This document shows positions 50,508 through 58,274 of a DNA stretch of 64,000 bases, in pieces. The notes beneath the pieces are model-generated. The model did not search any database. It was given only the letters and a program-made list of their open reading frames with translations, and was not told where the DNA came from. The translations under genes and the position numbers were made by a program. The number at the start of each line of letters is the position of its first letter. Position 1 is the stretch's first letter. Location of the stretch: positions 151,396 through 215,395 of IMG/VR virus record IMGVR_UViG_3300018004_000004; one strand, given 5' to 3'.

Positions 50508-50999
50508 GTGAATAAGATCTCTGAGTTCCAAGGTCCTTGGAGAGAGTTCTCTAACTTTGAGGGCCCGCCGGTGCAGTATGGAATGATGATCTACGATCAT
50601 ATAGAAAATGCATACCATGCTGCTAAGTCCTTGGATTTCAACGTTCGGCGGAAGTTCATGCACCTACCGGCCGCTGAAGCCAAGAAGCTGGGACGAGAGA
50701 TAGAATGCCGGGCTGACTGGGAGAAGGTCAAGCTTGCAGTTATGGAGATTCTCGTGCGGGAGAAGTTCCTACACCGTAAGCCTTTAGGCCTTTTGCTCGC
50801 CAGCGGCAATATGATCATCGAAGAAGGCAACACTTGGCATGACAACTACTGGGGTAGCTGTCGATGCCCGAAGTGTGCTGACAAGGAAGCCTACAATCAC
50901 CTGGGCAATCTTTTGATGAAGCTCCGTGGTGAGATGCAAAACTTCGATATGATCTATCGACAAAGAGAGTACATAGAGAAGGCGTCCCTTCTATACTAA
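50508..50999 (+). CDS. NADAR (YbiA-like) protein
   Basis: FSNF, ENAYHAAK, AKKLGR, DWE.VK..VM, KF, IEEGNTWHDNYWG, NHLG.LLM. Confidence 0.9.
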   Translation: MNKISEFQGPWREFSNFEGPPVQYGMMIYDHIENAYHAAKSLDFNVRRKFMHLPAAEAKKLGREIECRADWEKVKLAVMEILVREKFLHRKPLGLLLASGNMIIEEGNTWHDNYWGSCRCPKCADKEAYNHLGNLLMKLRGEMQNFDMIYRQREYIEKASLLY

Positions 51000-51034
51000 T
51001 CAGTTCATGAGACTTAGGTTCGTTTAAGGGTACC

Positions 51035-51667
51035 ATGAAACTCCTCCCCACAATCGGCTTAGCACTGACTCTGCTGGTAGCTCCCGTGTTCGCTCAAGCT
51101 CCGGCCACGCCGGCGCCACAAGCACGTGTGGAGTACAATCTTTCCATGTGTAAACCGCATCATTTTGCGTTTGCGCATGCTATAATGAATACAGATGAGA
51201 AGAGTGTAACTACCTTCTACATCGATACCATTTCTCCTGGCCCCGATCAGTACGTCAAGCAGAAGAACCTGGTTATCTTCACCGTTGACACGAAGGAAGA
51301 TCTCGATGGAGGTGCTAAGCATTTTCACTCCATTGATATCTTCAAGGATGCTGAGGACAAGGATGTCAAAGCAGACTTAGACATGTTCACGTTGAAGGAC
51401 AGATTCGTTGGGATACTAGGAGTAGGTACAGATATTCATTATGTGTTTTACGGTGCTATTGGAACCGAACTACACATGACTGATGACTCAGACACGAACA
51501 TAGCATTTTGTAGCGCGCTGGGCGCAGTCGATAAGAGTGATCTGATGACTCTATTAGTTGACTGGTTGTTAGGTGCAAAGGTGACCGTACCAAAGGCTGC
51601 TCCAAAGGCTGCTCCAAAGGACGACGGAATCATAGAACCTCAATCAGTATCGATGGCTAAGACATAA
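51035..51667 (+). CDS. Secreted hypothetical protein
   Basis: Signal peptide ending VFA-Q; PKAAPKAAPK repeat. Confidence 0.65.
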   Translation: MKLLPTIGLALTLLVAPVFAQAPATPAPQARVEYNLSMCKPHHFAFAHAIMNTDEKSVTTFYIDTISPGPDQYVKQKNLVIFTVDTKEDLDGGAKHFHSIDIFKDAEDKDVKADLDMFTLKDRFVGILGVGTDIHYVFYGAIGTELHMTDDSDTNIAFCSALGAVDKSDLMTLLVDWLLGAKVTVPKAAPKAAPKDDGIIEPQSVSMAKT

Positions 51668-51758
51668 GGCCGACATTTTGAACGTGTCGGCCCGTTACGA
51701 CCGACTGGTGGACCGTGTTGGGCTGAGAAGACCTCGCATTCTCAGCTCCTCAACCCCC

Positions 51759-51798
51759 GAAAGACCCTCCAGCTTCGGCTTGGAGGGTTTTTCATTTT
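51759..51798 (+). terminator. Rho-independent terminator
   Basis: gaaagaccctcca-gc-ttcg-gc-t-tggagggtttttc-atttt. Confidence 0.8.
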
Positions 51799-52710
51799 AA
51801 GGAGAGACTATGTCAGAAGAAGTCCATAAGCACTATCACAGTGATGGTATTGGGATAGGCACAATCATTGCAGGTATCCTGTCATGGTTGAAGTGGCACA
51901 GCATCGGCTGGCTCATTATCCATGCTTTGTTTGGGTGGTTGTATGTTATCTACTACCTGATCAAGTTCGGATTTCCGTATCAGTTGTTCCAATGAAGAAA
52001 GTCTTTAAGGTCCGCCTTGGTAATGACGGGGCGGAGAACTACCTCGAGAGACAGTACTTAAGAGGTCCGTGGGAGATAGGCGAGTGGGTCAAGGTAACGA
52101 TCCAATCTGTCCGCCGTAAGAAGGCAGTGTGTCGAAAGAAACCTGGAATCGTCCTTATCGGTTCATGAAGTGCGCAATGCTGCGCGCGGACTTTTATCGA
52201 TTGGATCCGAATATCTGGGGCCACCTGCGCTGCACCTGGAGGTTCTTTGATAAGTACGTCATGTTTCGAAGGATCGGCAGATGGATGCTCCCTTAGCTCC
52301 GATTAAGACCATATCCAGGTTCTACAAAGGACATTGGTTGAGGCTAGCTATTAGCTGGCGCTTCTGGGGTAAGTATGGCGGTAAGCGCATCGAAGCGCAA
52401 ATCAGGAAATGGAAAGAGGAAGCATTTGGATAAGCAACAAATCAACGTAGGTGTTGGCGGAGTTATGAGTGTGCCGGCACCAGCACCAGTTCTAATGGAA
52501 AGTTTCGAACAGCTCGAACAAGAGCTTTTGAATGGGCATTCGAACTTCATTATGTGCTATGAGGCACATAAGACGGATCCTGAGACTAAAATCCAGGAGA
52601 CGATCACGATCAAGAATGAGATGCCGATTCCCAATGATGAGCCTATGGCTTTCGCCCTTGTGGAGTTGGCAATGCGGAATCCTAGGGTTAGGATTCTGAA
52701 GGTTTGAGAG

Positions 52711-53353
52711 ATTGGTGGGCCGGACGGCCGCGGGCGCAAGCTCGAGGAAAATAGGGCCATCATAGAGCAAAGGAACCGATGAAAGTCGGGGGTCGAAAGG
52801 CTACGAGGTACGGGAGGTTACTAACCTAATCCCTTCCTGATGCAAACCCAAATAGGACGGTGAGACTGCTCGTCGTTGTAACCCGTCGGGTAGGGTGCAT
52901 TGGACAATCTAATGAATACGTACAAAACTCGGAAAGCGAGAAATCAGAAACGTTGGAGAAAGAGCCCAGCGGGCATTAAATACCTGAAGAGTAAGGCTTT
53001 CCGAGATAGTACGCGTGAGTCAAATAGGAAACGTGATAGGGAATATCGAGCTGAAATCCAGAGAAGGGTTAGAGCCGAGAAACTAAGGAGAGGTTGTAAG
53101 AGGTGTAAGTATCACAAACACTTCGCTGCCTTAGAGTTCCATCATCGGAATCCTAAGCTCAAAAAGTTTAGATTGTCCGAAAGCAGAAACTACTCTTGGC
53201 CTATGGTCCAGAAAGAAATGGCAAAGTGCGATGTTTTATGCGCTAACTGCCACGCCATTCTGGAGTTCAGAAAGCTACAGAGGAAAGCTTCTGCTTAGAC
53301 GGATGGCCGTCGCCTCGCAAGAGGCACAGGAGCCCTTTTATAGGCCCACCAGT
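52711..53353 (+). ncRNA. rnpB: Divergent minimal bacterial type-A-like RNase P RNA, interrupted at P18 by an HNH ORF
   Basis: P1 52711-21/53343-53; P2 gacggcc/ggccgtc; P3 with GCAA loop; GAGGAAAAU then P4 AAA-U-AGGGC/GCCCU-UUU; P5 catc/gatg; P6 gagc/gctc; P7 aggaa/ttcct; P8; P9 GAAA; P15 accc/gggt with AAAUAG/GGGUA loop; P16; UAGACGGAU J18/2; P19; ACAGGA. Confidence 0.9.
52912..53298 (+). CDS. HNH endonuclease embedded in the RNase P RNA gene
   Basis: Basic N-terminus; GCKRC...ALEFHHRNP...KCDVLCANCH. Confidence 0.9.
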   Translation: MNTYKTRKARNQKRWRKSPAGIKYLKSKAFRDSTRESNRKRDREYRAEIQRRVRAEKLRRGCKRCKYHKHFAALEFHHRNPKLKKFRLSESRNYSWPMVQKEMAKCDVLCANCHAILEFRKLQRKASA

Positions 53354-53368
53354 ACAGATCGGAGAACC

Positions 53369-53701
53369 GTGGCTAATCAACAGCCTAGATATGATCCTCC
53401 AGGAGGAGTAGAAGCTCTTCTGACTGCTCTTGAGAAGTCTCTTCGCAATGGCTATTATAGCGTTGAGGCAGAAGAGAAAGATCTGGTTGATGCGAAGAAA
53501 GATCTGGCTAATAAGAAAGCATCTTATGAGTATGCGCTGGCTTCTGTGGCAGAACATGAGATGAAGGTAAAGAAAGCTCGCCGTAAAGCAGCGGAGATTG
53601 TCAATGCTCTCGGCAAGCTGGATTGTCCTGAAGAAGTTATCAAGGCGTCGTGTAAGCCTTTGAATGCACATGACATTGCTGAATGGATTAGGGCCGAGTA
53701 G
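53369..53701 (+). CDS. Hypothetical coiled-coil protein; stop codon inside tRNA-Ile
   Basis: GGAG RBS with GTG at 53369. Confidence 0.65.
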   Translation: MANQQPRYDPPGGVEALLTALEKSLRNGYYSVEAEEKDLVDAKKDLANKKASYEYALASVAEHEMKVKKARRKAAEIVNALGKLDCPEEVIKASCKPLNAHDIAEWIRAE

Positions 53702-53767
53702 CTCAGTTGGTAGAGCAGGCGGTCGATAACCGCCAGGTCGTAGGTTCGAATCCTACCTCGACCACCA
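53692..53767 (+). tRNA. tRNA-Ile(GAU), atypical (C33, C3-A70 mismatch)
   Basis: GGCCGAG/CTCGACC, D arm GCTC/GAGC, GGCGG-TCGATAA-CCGCC, GTAGG-TTCGAAT-CCTAC, ACCA. Confidence 0.9.
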
Positions 53768-54139
53768 GTTTGAAAGGTGAGCATGAAACACATGGTTTGT
53801 AGTGTGGGTCCAAGACGTTACATCATCCGCGATGAAGCGGGTAACGTATTGAAGGATGAGCAGATAGAGTTGATTCAGTTCCGTGATGCTGATGGAAATA
53901 CAAAGTATATCAACCCTGTTCATTCACTCGCCTGGTCAAGTATGATGGATTTGTACAGAAAGGAGTCCTGATGTTAGGTAGGGACTATGCTGGAGAGATG
54001 GTGAGAACTCGACAAGCCAAATCAGCCATTCTGGCTGTTTTGGGCGTCTGGGTTGCCATCGTCTTAGGTAACATACTCTTTTGGGGCGGATTGATCTACG
54101 CTGCTGTTCACTTCGCTCGCAAATATTGGTAGTATCTAA

Positions 54140-54228
54140 GCGGGAATGGCGAAAATGGTAGCCGCGGAGGACTTAAAATCCTCTGGGTCTGATCCCCCGT
54201 GTAGGTTCGAGTCCTACTTCCCGCTCCA
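54140..54228 (+). tRNA. tRNA-Leu(UAA), long variable arm, U73
   Basis: GCGGGAA/TTCCCGC, GAGGA-CTTAAAA-TCCTC, TTCGAGT loop, TCCA end. Confidence 0.92.
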
Positions 54229-54254
54229 AAAACAAGGAGAGGATAAACAATCCC

Positions 54255-54842
54255 ATGTTGACTGTGTTCCTGGTGATTGCCGGAATCATTTTGCTTCTGG
54301 CAGTTCTTTCAGTTCTCGGCAGTTTGAACAAGTACCTCAGGGCTAAGACTGCGCTGGTCGAGGCTAAGACCGCGTTAGTCGAAGCCGAGACTGAGGATTT
54401 CCTGAATCAAGAACCTGAAGACGAAGACGAAGATCTGGACGAAGGTCCGGATTACAACCCATACGAAGAGGGGCTCGGCGAACGGACAACGATCGATCCG
54501 GCCATCCTTTTGAAGATGCTTGCCCTAGCGCGCGCACTGCGAGCACATCGACAAGCACAAGAACAAGTACAGACCGCTGATCAGACTGAACCAGCTCCCG
54601 ATCCGGAAACGGCAGAAGTGCCGGCCGGCGTGACAGCTGAAGCAGTCGGAATCACCGGAACAACTGGTCCCGTGGCAGATCCGGCAACGGATCCGACTCC
54701 GGACCCCACAATGACTGATCAGACAACGGCTCCGGCAACGGATGCGACGCAGACTGATCCAACGCCTGTTACCGTCCCTGACGCAACTGGCGATTCAACA
54801 GCAGTCGATCCGACAACCGAAACTGGATCTCCAGTCGGATGA
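54255..54842 (+). CDS. N-anchored membrane protein with acidic Pro/Thr/Asp low-complexity tail
   Basis: N-terminal TM; AKTALVE duplication; DPT/TD repeats. Confidence 0.7.
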   Translation: MLTVFLVIAGIILLLAVLSVLGSLNKYLRAKTALVEAKTALVEAETEDFLNQEPEDEDEDLDEGPDYNPYEEGLGERTTIDPAILLKMLALARALRAHRQAQEQVQTADQTEPAPDPETAEVPAGVTAEAVGITGTTGPVADPATDPTPDPTMTDQTTAPATDATQTDPTPVTVPDATGDSTAVDPTTETGSPVG

Positions 54843-54853
54843 GAAGAGGCTAA

Positions 54854-55126
54854 ATGCCTCCTGCAACGTTCATTATAGTAAGGAACGAAGCCGATCAGGC
54901 AGTTAGGACATACCGTAACCAGATGGTCTGGGGACAGTTCTTGTTTCGAGCTCTGCGGCGCGAGCTAAAGGGCAAATCAAAACAGGAAATCCTAACTGCC
55001 TGTGAGGCAGTTCGCGGGGAGATAGAACAGAGGTCTCTGCATATCCCCCACGATCGAATGATGCTCCTTAAGGAGCTTGGTAAGATTAGAGAAGAGTTTC
55101 TTGGGGCCACTAACTCAACTGGTTAG
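54854..55126 (+). CDS. Hypothetical protein; stop codon inside tRNA-Lys
   Basis: GAGG RBS, 90 aa. Confidence 0.6.
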   Translation: MPPATFIIVRNEADQAVRTYRNQMVWGQFLFRALRRELKGKSKQEILTACEAVRGEIEQRSLHIPHDRMMLLKELGKIREEFLGATNSTG

Positions 55127-55180
55127 AGTACCAGCCTCTTAAGCTGGGAGTTCAGGGTTCGAATCCCTGGTGGCCCACCA
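55104..55180 (+). tRNA. tRNA-Lys(CUU)
   Basis: GGGCCAC/GTGGCCC, CCAGC-CTCTTAA-GCTGG, TTCGAAT, ACCA. Confidence 0.95.
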
Positions 55181-55310
55181 ATATTGGAGGTAGTATGTCG
55201 CGACAAGGAAAACCCTGTATATTTCAGCGGTGGTGCTGGTATGATGGTTGGAGGCACTACTTCTTTGGCGCGATCTACTTTTGGAATGTGATTACGAAAG
55301 AAGGGGCCTA

Positions 55311-55646
55311 ATGAACGTTTGGGTTAGTCCCTGGCGGTGCGATCCTCCTCATAGGATTTCGCACCCCGAGAAGTTGGACGAGTTAACTCGTTTACTTGCC
55401 AAAGGATGGGGTAAAGGACATCCTGCATTAGTAGGTTATCCTTATGGCGAGCGGATTCAGCTCCTATCTGGGAGCCATCGAATCGTAGCTGCCCAACGCG
55501 CGCACTTGAAAGCCATTCCTCTAGTTCTTTGGTCCGCTGAGCAGGTTGAAGCTTGCTGGGGTGATCTCGATCTCTGGAAGCAAATCATGGACGCCCCACC
55601 GGTAAACGGATTGGAGTTCGGTTATGTCATTCAAAGAGTTCCATGA
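55311..55646 (+). CDS. ParB/sulfiredoxin-like domain protein
   Basis: L...GW...P.LV...LLSGSHRIVAAQRA.L..IP. Confidence 0.7.
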   Translation: MNVWVSPWRCDPPHRISHPEKLDELTRLLAKGWGKGHPALVGYPYGERIQLLSGSHRIVAAQRAHLKAIPLVLWSAEQVEACWGDLDLWKQIMDAPPVNGLEFGYVIQRVP

Positions 55647-55722
55647 GAAGTACCACGGCGCAATCATCTTGGTGATTGTAATGATCCTTGGTATAATCCT
55701 TATATGTACCGCGGGTAGGTAA

Positions 55723-56289
55723 ATGGACTGGTTTACAGCCGACCCACATTTGGGTCACTTCAACATCATCAAGTACTGCAATCGTCCTTTCAAGGACGTC
55801 GACCATATGGGGACGGTGATCATTGATAATATCAATGAACGTGTCGCGACGAACGATCGACTGTATATCCTGGGAGATATTGCGAATAAGGAAGTGTACG
55901 TCCAGGACTTCGTCAAAAGGGTCTCCTGTAAGAATCTTTTCGTTGTCCCTGGCAACCACGATAAAGAAAAGATCCTCCTTCGATACTTTAAGGTATTGCC
56001 TCAATGCTACTTGTATCGCGCCCCTGGAGAGGATTACAGGATAGTTCTATGCCACTATGCAATGCGCGTTTGGGAACATTCTCACCATGGCGCCGGCATG
56101 CTGTATGGTCATTCACACGGTGGACTTCCACCTGTTCCTGGAGCCCCCTCCTTCGATATCGGCGTGGACGCATGGGAATACAGGCCTCTGTCCTTAACCG
56201 AAGTCAAAGCCGAAATGAAGAGACTATGCGCTCTGGCGCTAGCCAATAGAGAGTTCATGCATCATGACGGTGAAGAAGAGGGCTCTTAG
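55723..56289 (+). CDS. Calcineurin-like metallophosphoesterase
   Basis: ADPHLGH, LGD, GNHD, CHY, YGHSH, DIGVD. Confidence 0.92.
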   Translation: MDWFTADPHLGHFNIIKYCNRPFKDVDHMGTVIIDNINERVATNDRLYILGDIANKEVYVQDFVKRVSCKNLFVVPGNHDKEKILLRYFKVLPQCYLYRAPGEDYRIVLCHYAMRVWEHSHHGAGMLYGHSHGGLPPVPGAPSFDIGVDAWEYRPLSLTEVKAEMKRLCALALANREFMHHDGEEEGS

Positions 56290-56357
56290 CTTAGATGGCC
56301 TAAAGCGCCGGCCTCATAAGCCGGGGATCCCTGGTTCGAATCCAGGAGAGCCCACCA
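56280..56357 (+). tRNA. tRNA with CAU anticodon (Ile2 more likely than elongator Met)
   Basis: GGGCTCT/AGAGCCC with C4-G69, CCGGC-CTCATAA-GCCGG, ACCA; paired 1-72 so not initiator. Confidence 0.9.
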
Positions 56358-56737
56358 AGAAAGGAAGTGCAATGTTCGCAGTCGTATTGTTTGAGTCACG
56401 AAATCAATGGGCCTCATTGGCCAGTCAGCCGGGAGGCACATGTGCTTTTCCGTTTGTGCCACCCTATGCTACACTTTATGATGGGTTTGGTAAACCCGAT
56501 CCAGGACTGAAGACTCTTGCAGAAGCAAAGGCAAGAGTCGAAGTTTGGGTAGATAAGAATAAGCCCACGCGATTTAAGGCTTACGTCATCGACCTGGAAA
56601 AGGACAAGATAGTCGCCACGACTGGCGAACTGAATGTCCCGTCACTGAAGTGGAAGGCTTTGAAGTAACGAGTTTAGGGGAAATATTACGCCCCTAATGT
56701 AGTGCCCCTCACCCTATCGGGTGGGACAGGAGGTAGT

Positions 56738-57136
56738 ATGTCGTTTGATTTGAACAAAGTGATGCTGATCGGTCGTGTTGGTCGCGATCCTGAGAGCAAA
56801 ACTGCAGGTAGCACAACTCTGTCTTCGTTCTCGGTTGCCACGTCGTACGGCACCGGTGACAAGCAGAAGACTGAATGGCATCAAGTTACCGCTTGGGAGA
56901 AGCTGGGTGAGTTTGCCCAGAACTATCTCCACAAGGGTGACAAGGTGTACGTCGAAGGCCGTATCTCCTACAACATCGTTGGAGAAGGTAAGGAAAAGAA
57001 GACGTACGCCCAAATCACGGCCACGAGCCTGATCAACCTGAGCCCAAAGCCGGCTGACGGCTCCACGGCTAACTCCAGCTCTGCTGCACCTGCGGCCCCG
57101 GCTGCTGCTGCAACGGACGAAGATATCCCGTTCTAA
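56738..57136 (+). CDS. ssb: Single-stranded DNA-binding protein
   Basis: LNKVMLIGRVGRDPE, TEWHQV.AW, KGDKVYVEGRI, C-terminal DEDIPF. Confidence 0.96.
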   Translation: MSFDLNKVMLIGRVGRDPESKTAGSTTLSSFSVATSYGTGDKQKTEWHQVTAWEKLGEFAQNYLHKGDKVYVEGRISYNIVGEGKEKKTYAQITATSLINLSPKPADGSTANSSSAAPAAPAAAATDEDIPF

Positions 57137-57162
57137 GGAACGAGACAACTTCAAAGAAGATT

Positions 57163-57191
57163 AGGGGGAAGAGGTCTTCCCCCTTTCTTTT
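57163..57191 (+). terminator. Rho-independent terminator
   Basis: agggggaaga/tcttccccct plus ttctttt. Confidence 0.75.
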
Positions 57192-57319
57192 AGAAAGGAA
57201 TGATGATGACACCTTTCATGTGTTTCCTGGTCGGTATAGTCGTTGGACTTCTGCTGGCCGCCGTCATTTGCATCATAGCTTTGTTCTTGATCGGAATCAC
57301 TTCGGATTAGGAGACCAGA

Positions 57320-58039
57320 ATGCCGAAACTGCTGGCGTGGAATCTTTCCCGCCTGAAAACGAAATCCCGCCCGTTGACCGGGCCACTTCCTGAGCTCTAT
57401 GTCAGGGAACTTACACGCATGGTGGAGGAGCTAAATGGCGTCTACCTTTCTGGGATACAAGTGGGGGATCCGCGGAGATTCGCTATCCCTAACCCTCGCT
57501 TCAAAGATTTCCCGATATTGTACAATCCTGAGATTATTGCACAGGACGACCCCATACGAGGAGAAGGTGAAGGGTGTCTTAGCTTTCCCGGCTTGTGGGT
57601 TCCGGTATCACGGTACACATACGTTACAGTGAGGTATCGAGATGGCCAATGGCAAGAGAGAACTGCCGTATTTGGTAATGAGGATCCCAATACTGAGGAA
57701 GCGCTCCTTGCTAAGGCTGTCCAGCACGAAGTAGCTCACATGGATGGCATTGTCCTCCATGATCGTATTGCGGACCCACAGAAGAGGATAAAGATCTATG
57801 CTCAGATTCTTCGGGAGTCCCTTGCCCAGAACAGATCTAGAGGGATACCTCAACTTTTGGAAGGCCCATCCGAAATGGATCCTCTTACTGTGTCGATCGT
57901 CGCGGTTTCTCCGGAGCCGGTACTCGGCGATCAAGAGCAAGCGAGTGTTGGAAATGATGAAACTGTTCATGAGCCCAATGTGAATGGAGATCAACCCAGT
58001 GAAGTGGAAAACACCGCCTCCGAAGCCAGTAACTCCTGA
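57320..58039 (+). CDS. def: Peptide deformylase
   Basis: GVYLSGIQVG (variant motif 1), EGCLSFPG, QHEVAHMDG. Confidence 0.9.
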   Translation: MPKLLAWNLSRLKTKSRPLTGPLPELYVRELTRMVEELNGVYLSGIQVGDPRRFAIPNPRFKDFPILYNPEIIAQDDPIRGEGEGCLSFPGLWVPVSRYTYVTVRYRDGQWQERTAVFGNEDPNTEEALLAKAVQHEVAHMDGIVLHDRIADPQKRIKIYAQILRESLAQNRSRGIPQLLEGPSEMDPLTVSIVAVSPEPVLGDQEQASVGNDETVHEPNVNGDQPSEVENTASEASNS

Positions 58040-58226
58040 GGGCGCTACTTACTACTGTAAGACATTCGCCTGGTTGCCTCATCAGGCTTCCGATGGATAT
58101 ACCTACTGGCTAGAGAGCGTCTACGTACAAATGAAGTTCATGCATGGCCGCGTCTCCGGCCGAAGGTATTGGTATATCGCAGAGTGGATAGGAAACAAGG
58201 CTCCTGAAGGCGAAGTGGATAGCTAA
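57984..58226 (+). CDS. Small hypothetical protein; stop codon inside tRNA-Cys
   Basis: FAWLP...G..YWLE.V pattern; start uncertain. Confidence 0.55.
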   Translation: MEINPVKWKTPPPKPVTPEGATYYCKTFAWLPHQASDGYTYWLESVYVQMKFMHGRVSGRRYWYIAEWIGNKAPEGEVDS

Positions 58227-58274
58227 CGGTCTGCAAAACCGTCGTAGCTGGTTCGAGTCCAGCCGGGAGCTCCA
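58200..58274 (+). tRNA. tRNA-Cys(GCA), atypical A8
   Basis: GCTCCTG/CGGGAGC, ACGGT-CTGCAAA-ACCGT, GCTGG-TTCGAGT-CCAGC, U73 CCA. Confidence 0.9.

Noticed and set aside
52711-53353. Group I intron or tmRNA interpretation of the structured RNA around the HNH ORF
   Set aside because: There is no interrupted host CDS, no recognisable group I P7/G-binding core and no tRNA-like acceptor/T arm. The helices and conserved joiners instead follow RNase P RNA order.
53231-53368. 5' extension of the 156-aa ORF in the track
   Set aside because: It overlaps the HNH ORF and the RNase P 3' strand; a GGAG RBS with GTG at 53369 is the better start.
54146-54346. 66-aa ORF over tRNA-Leu (likewise the first part of 56264-56668 over tRNA-CAU)
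   Set aside because: Chance reading frames through tRNA genes.
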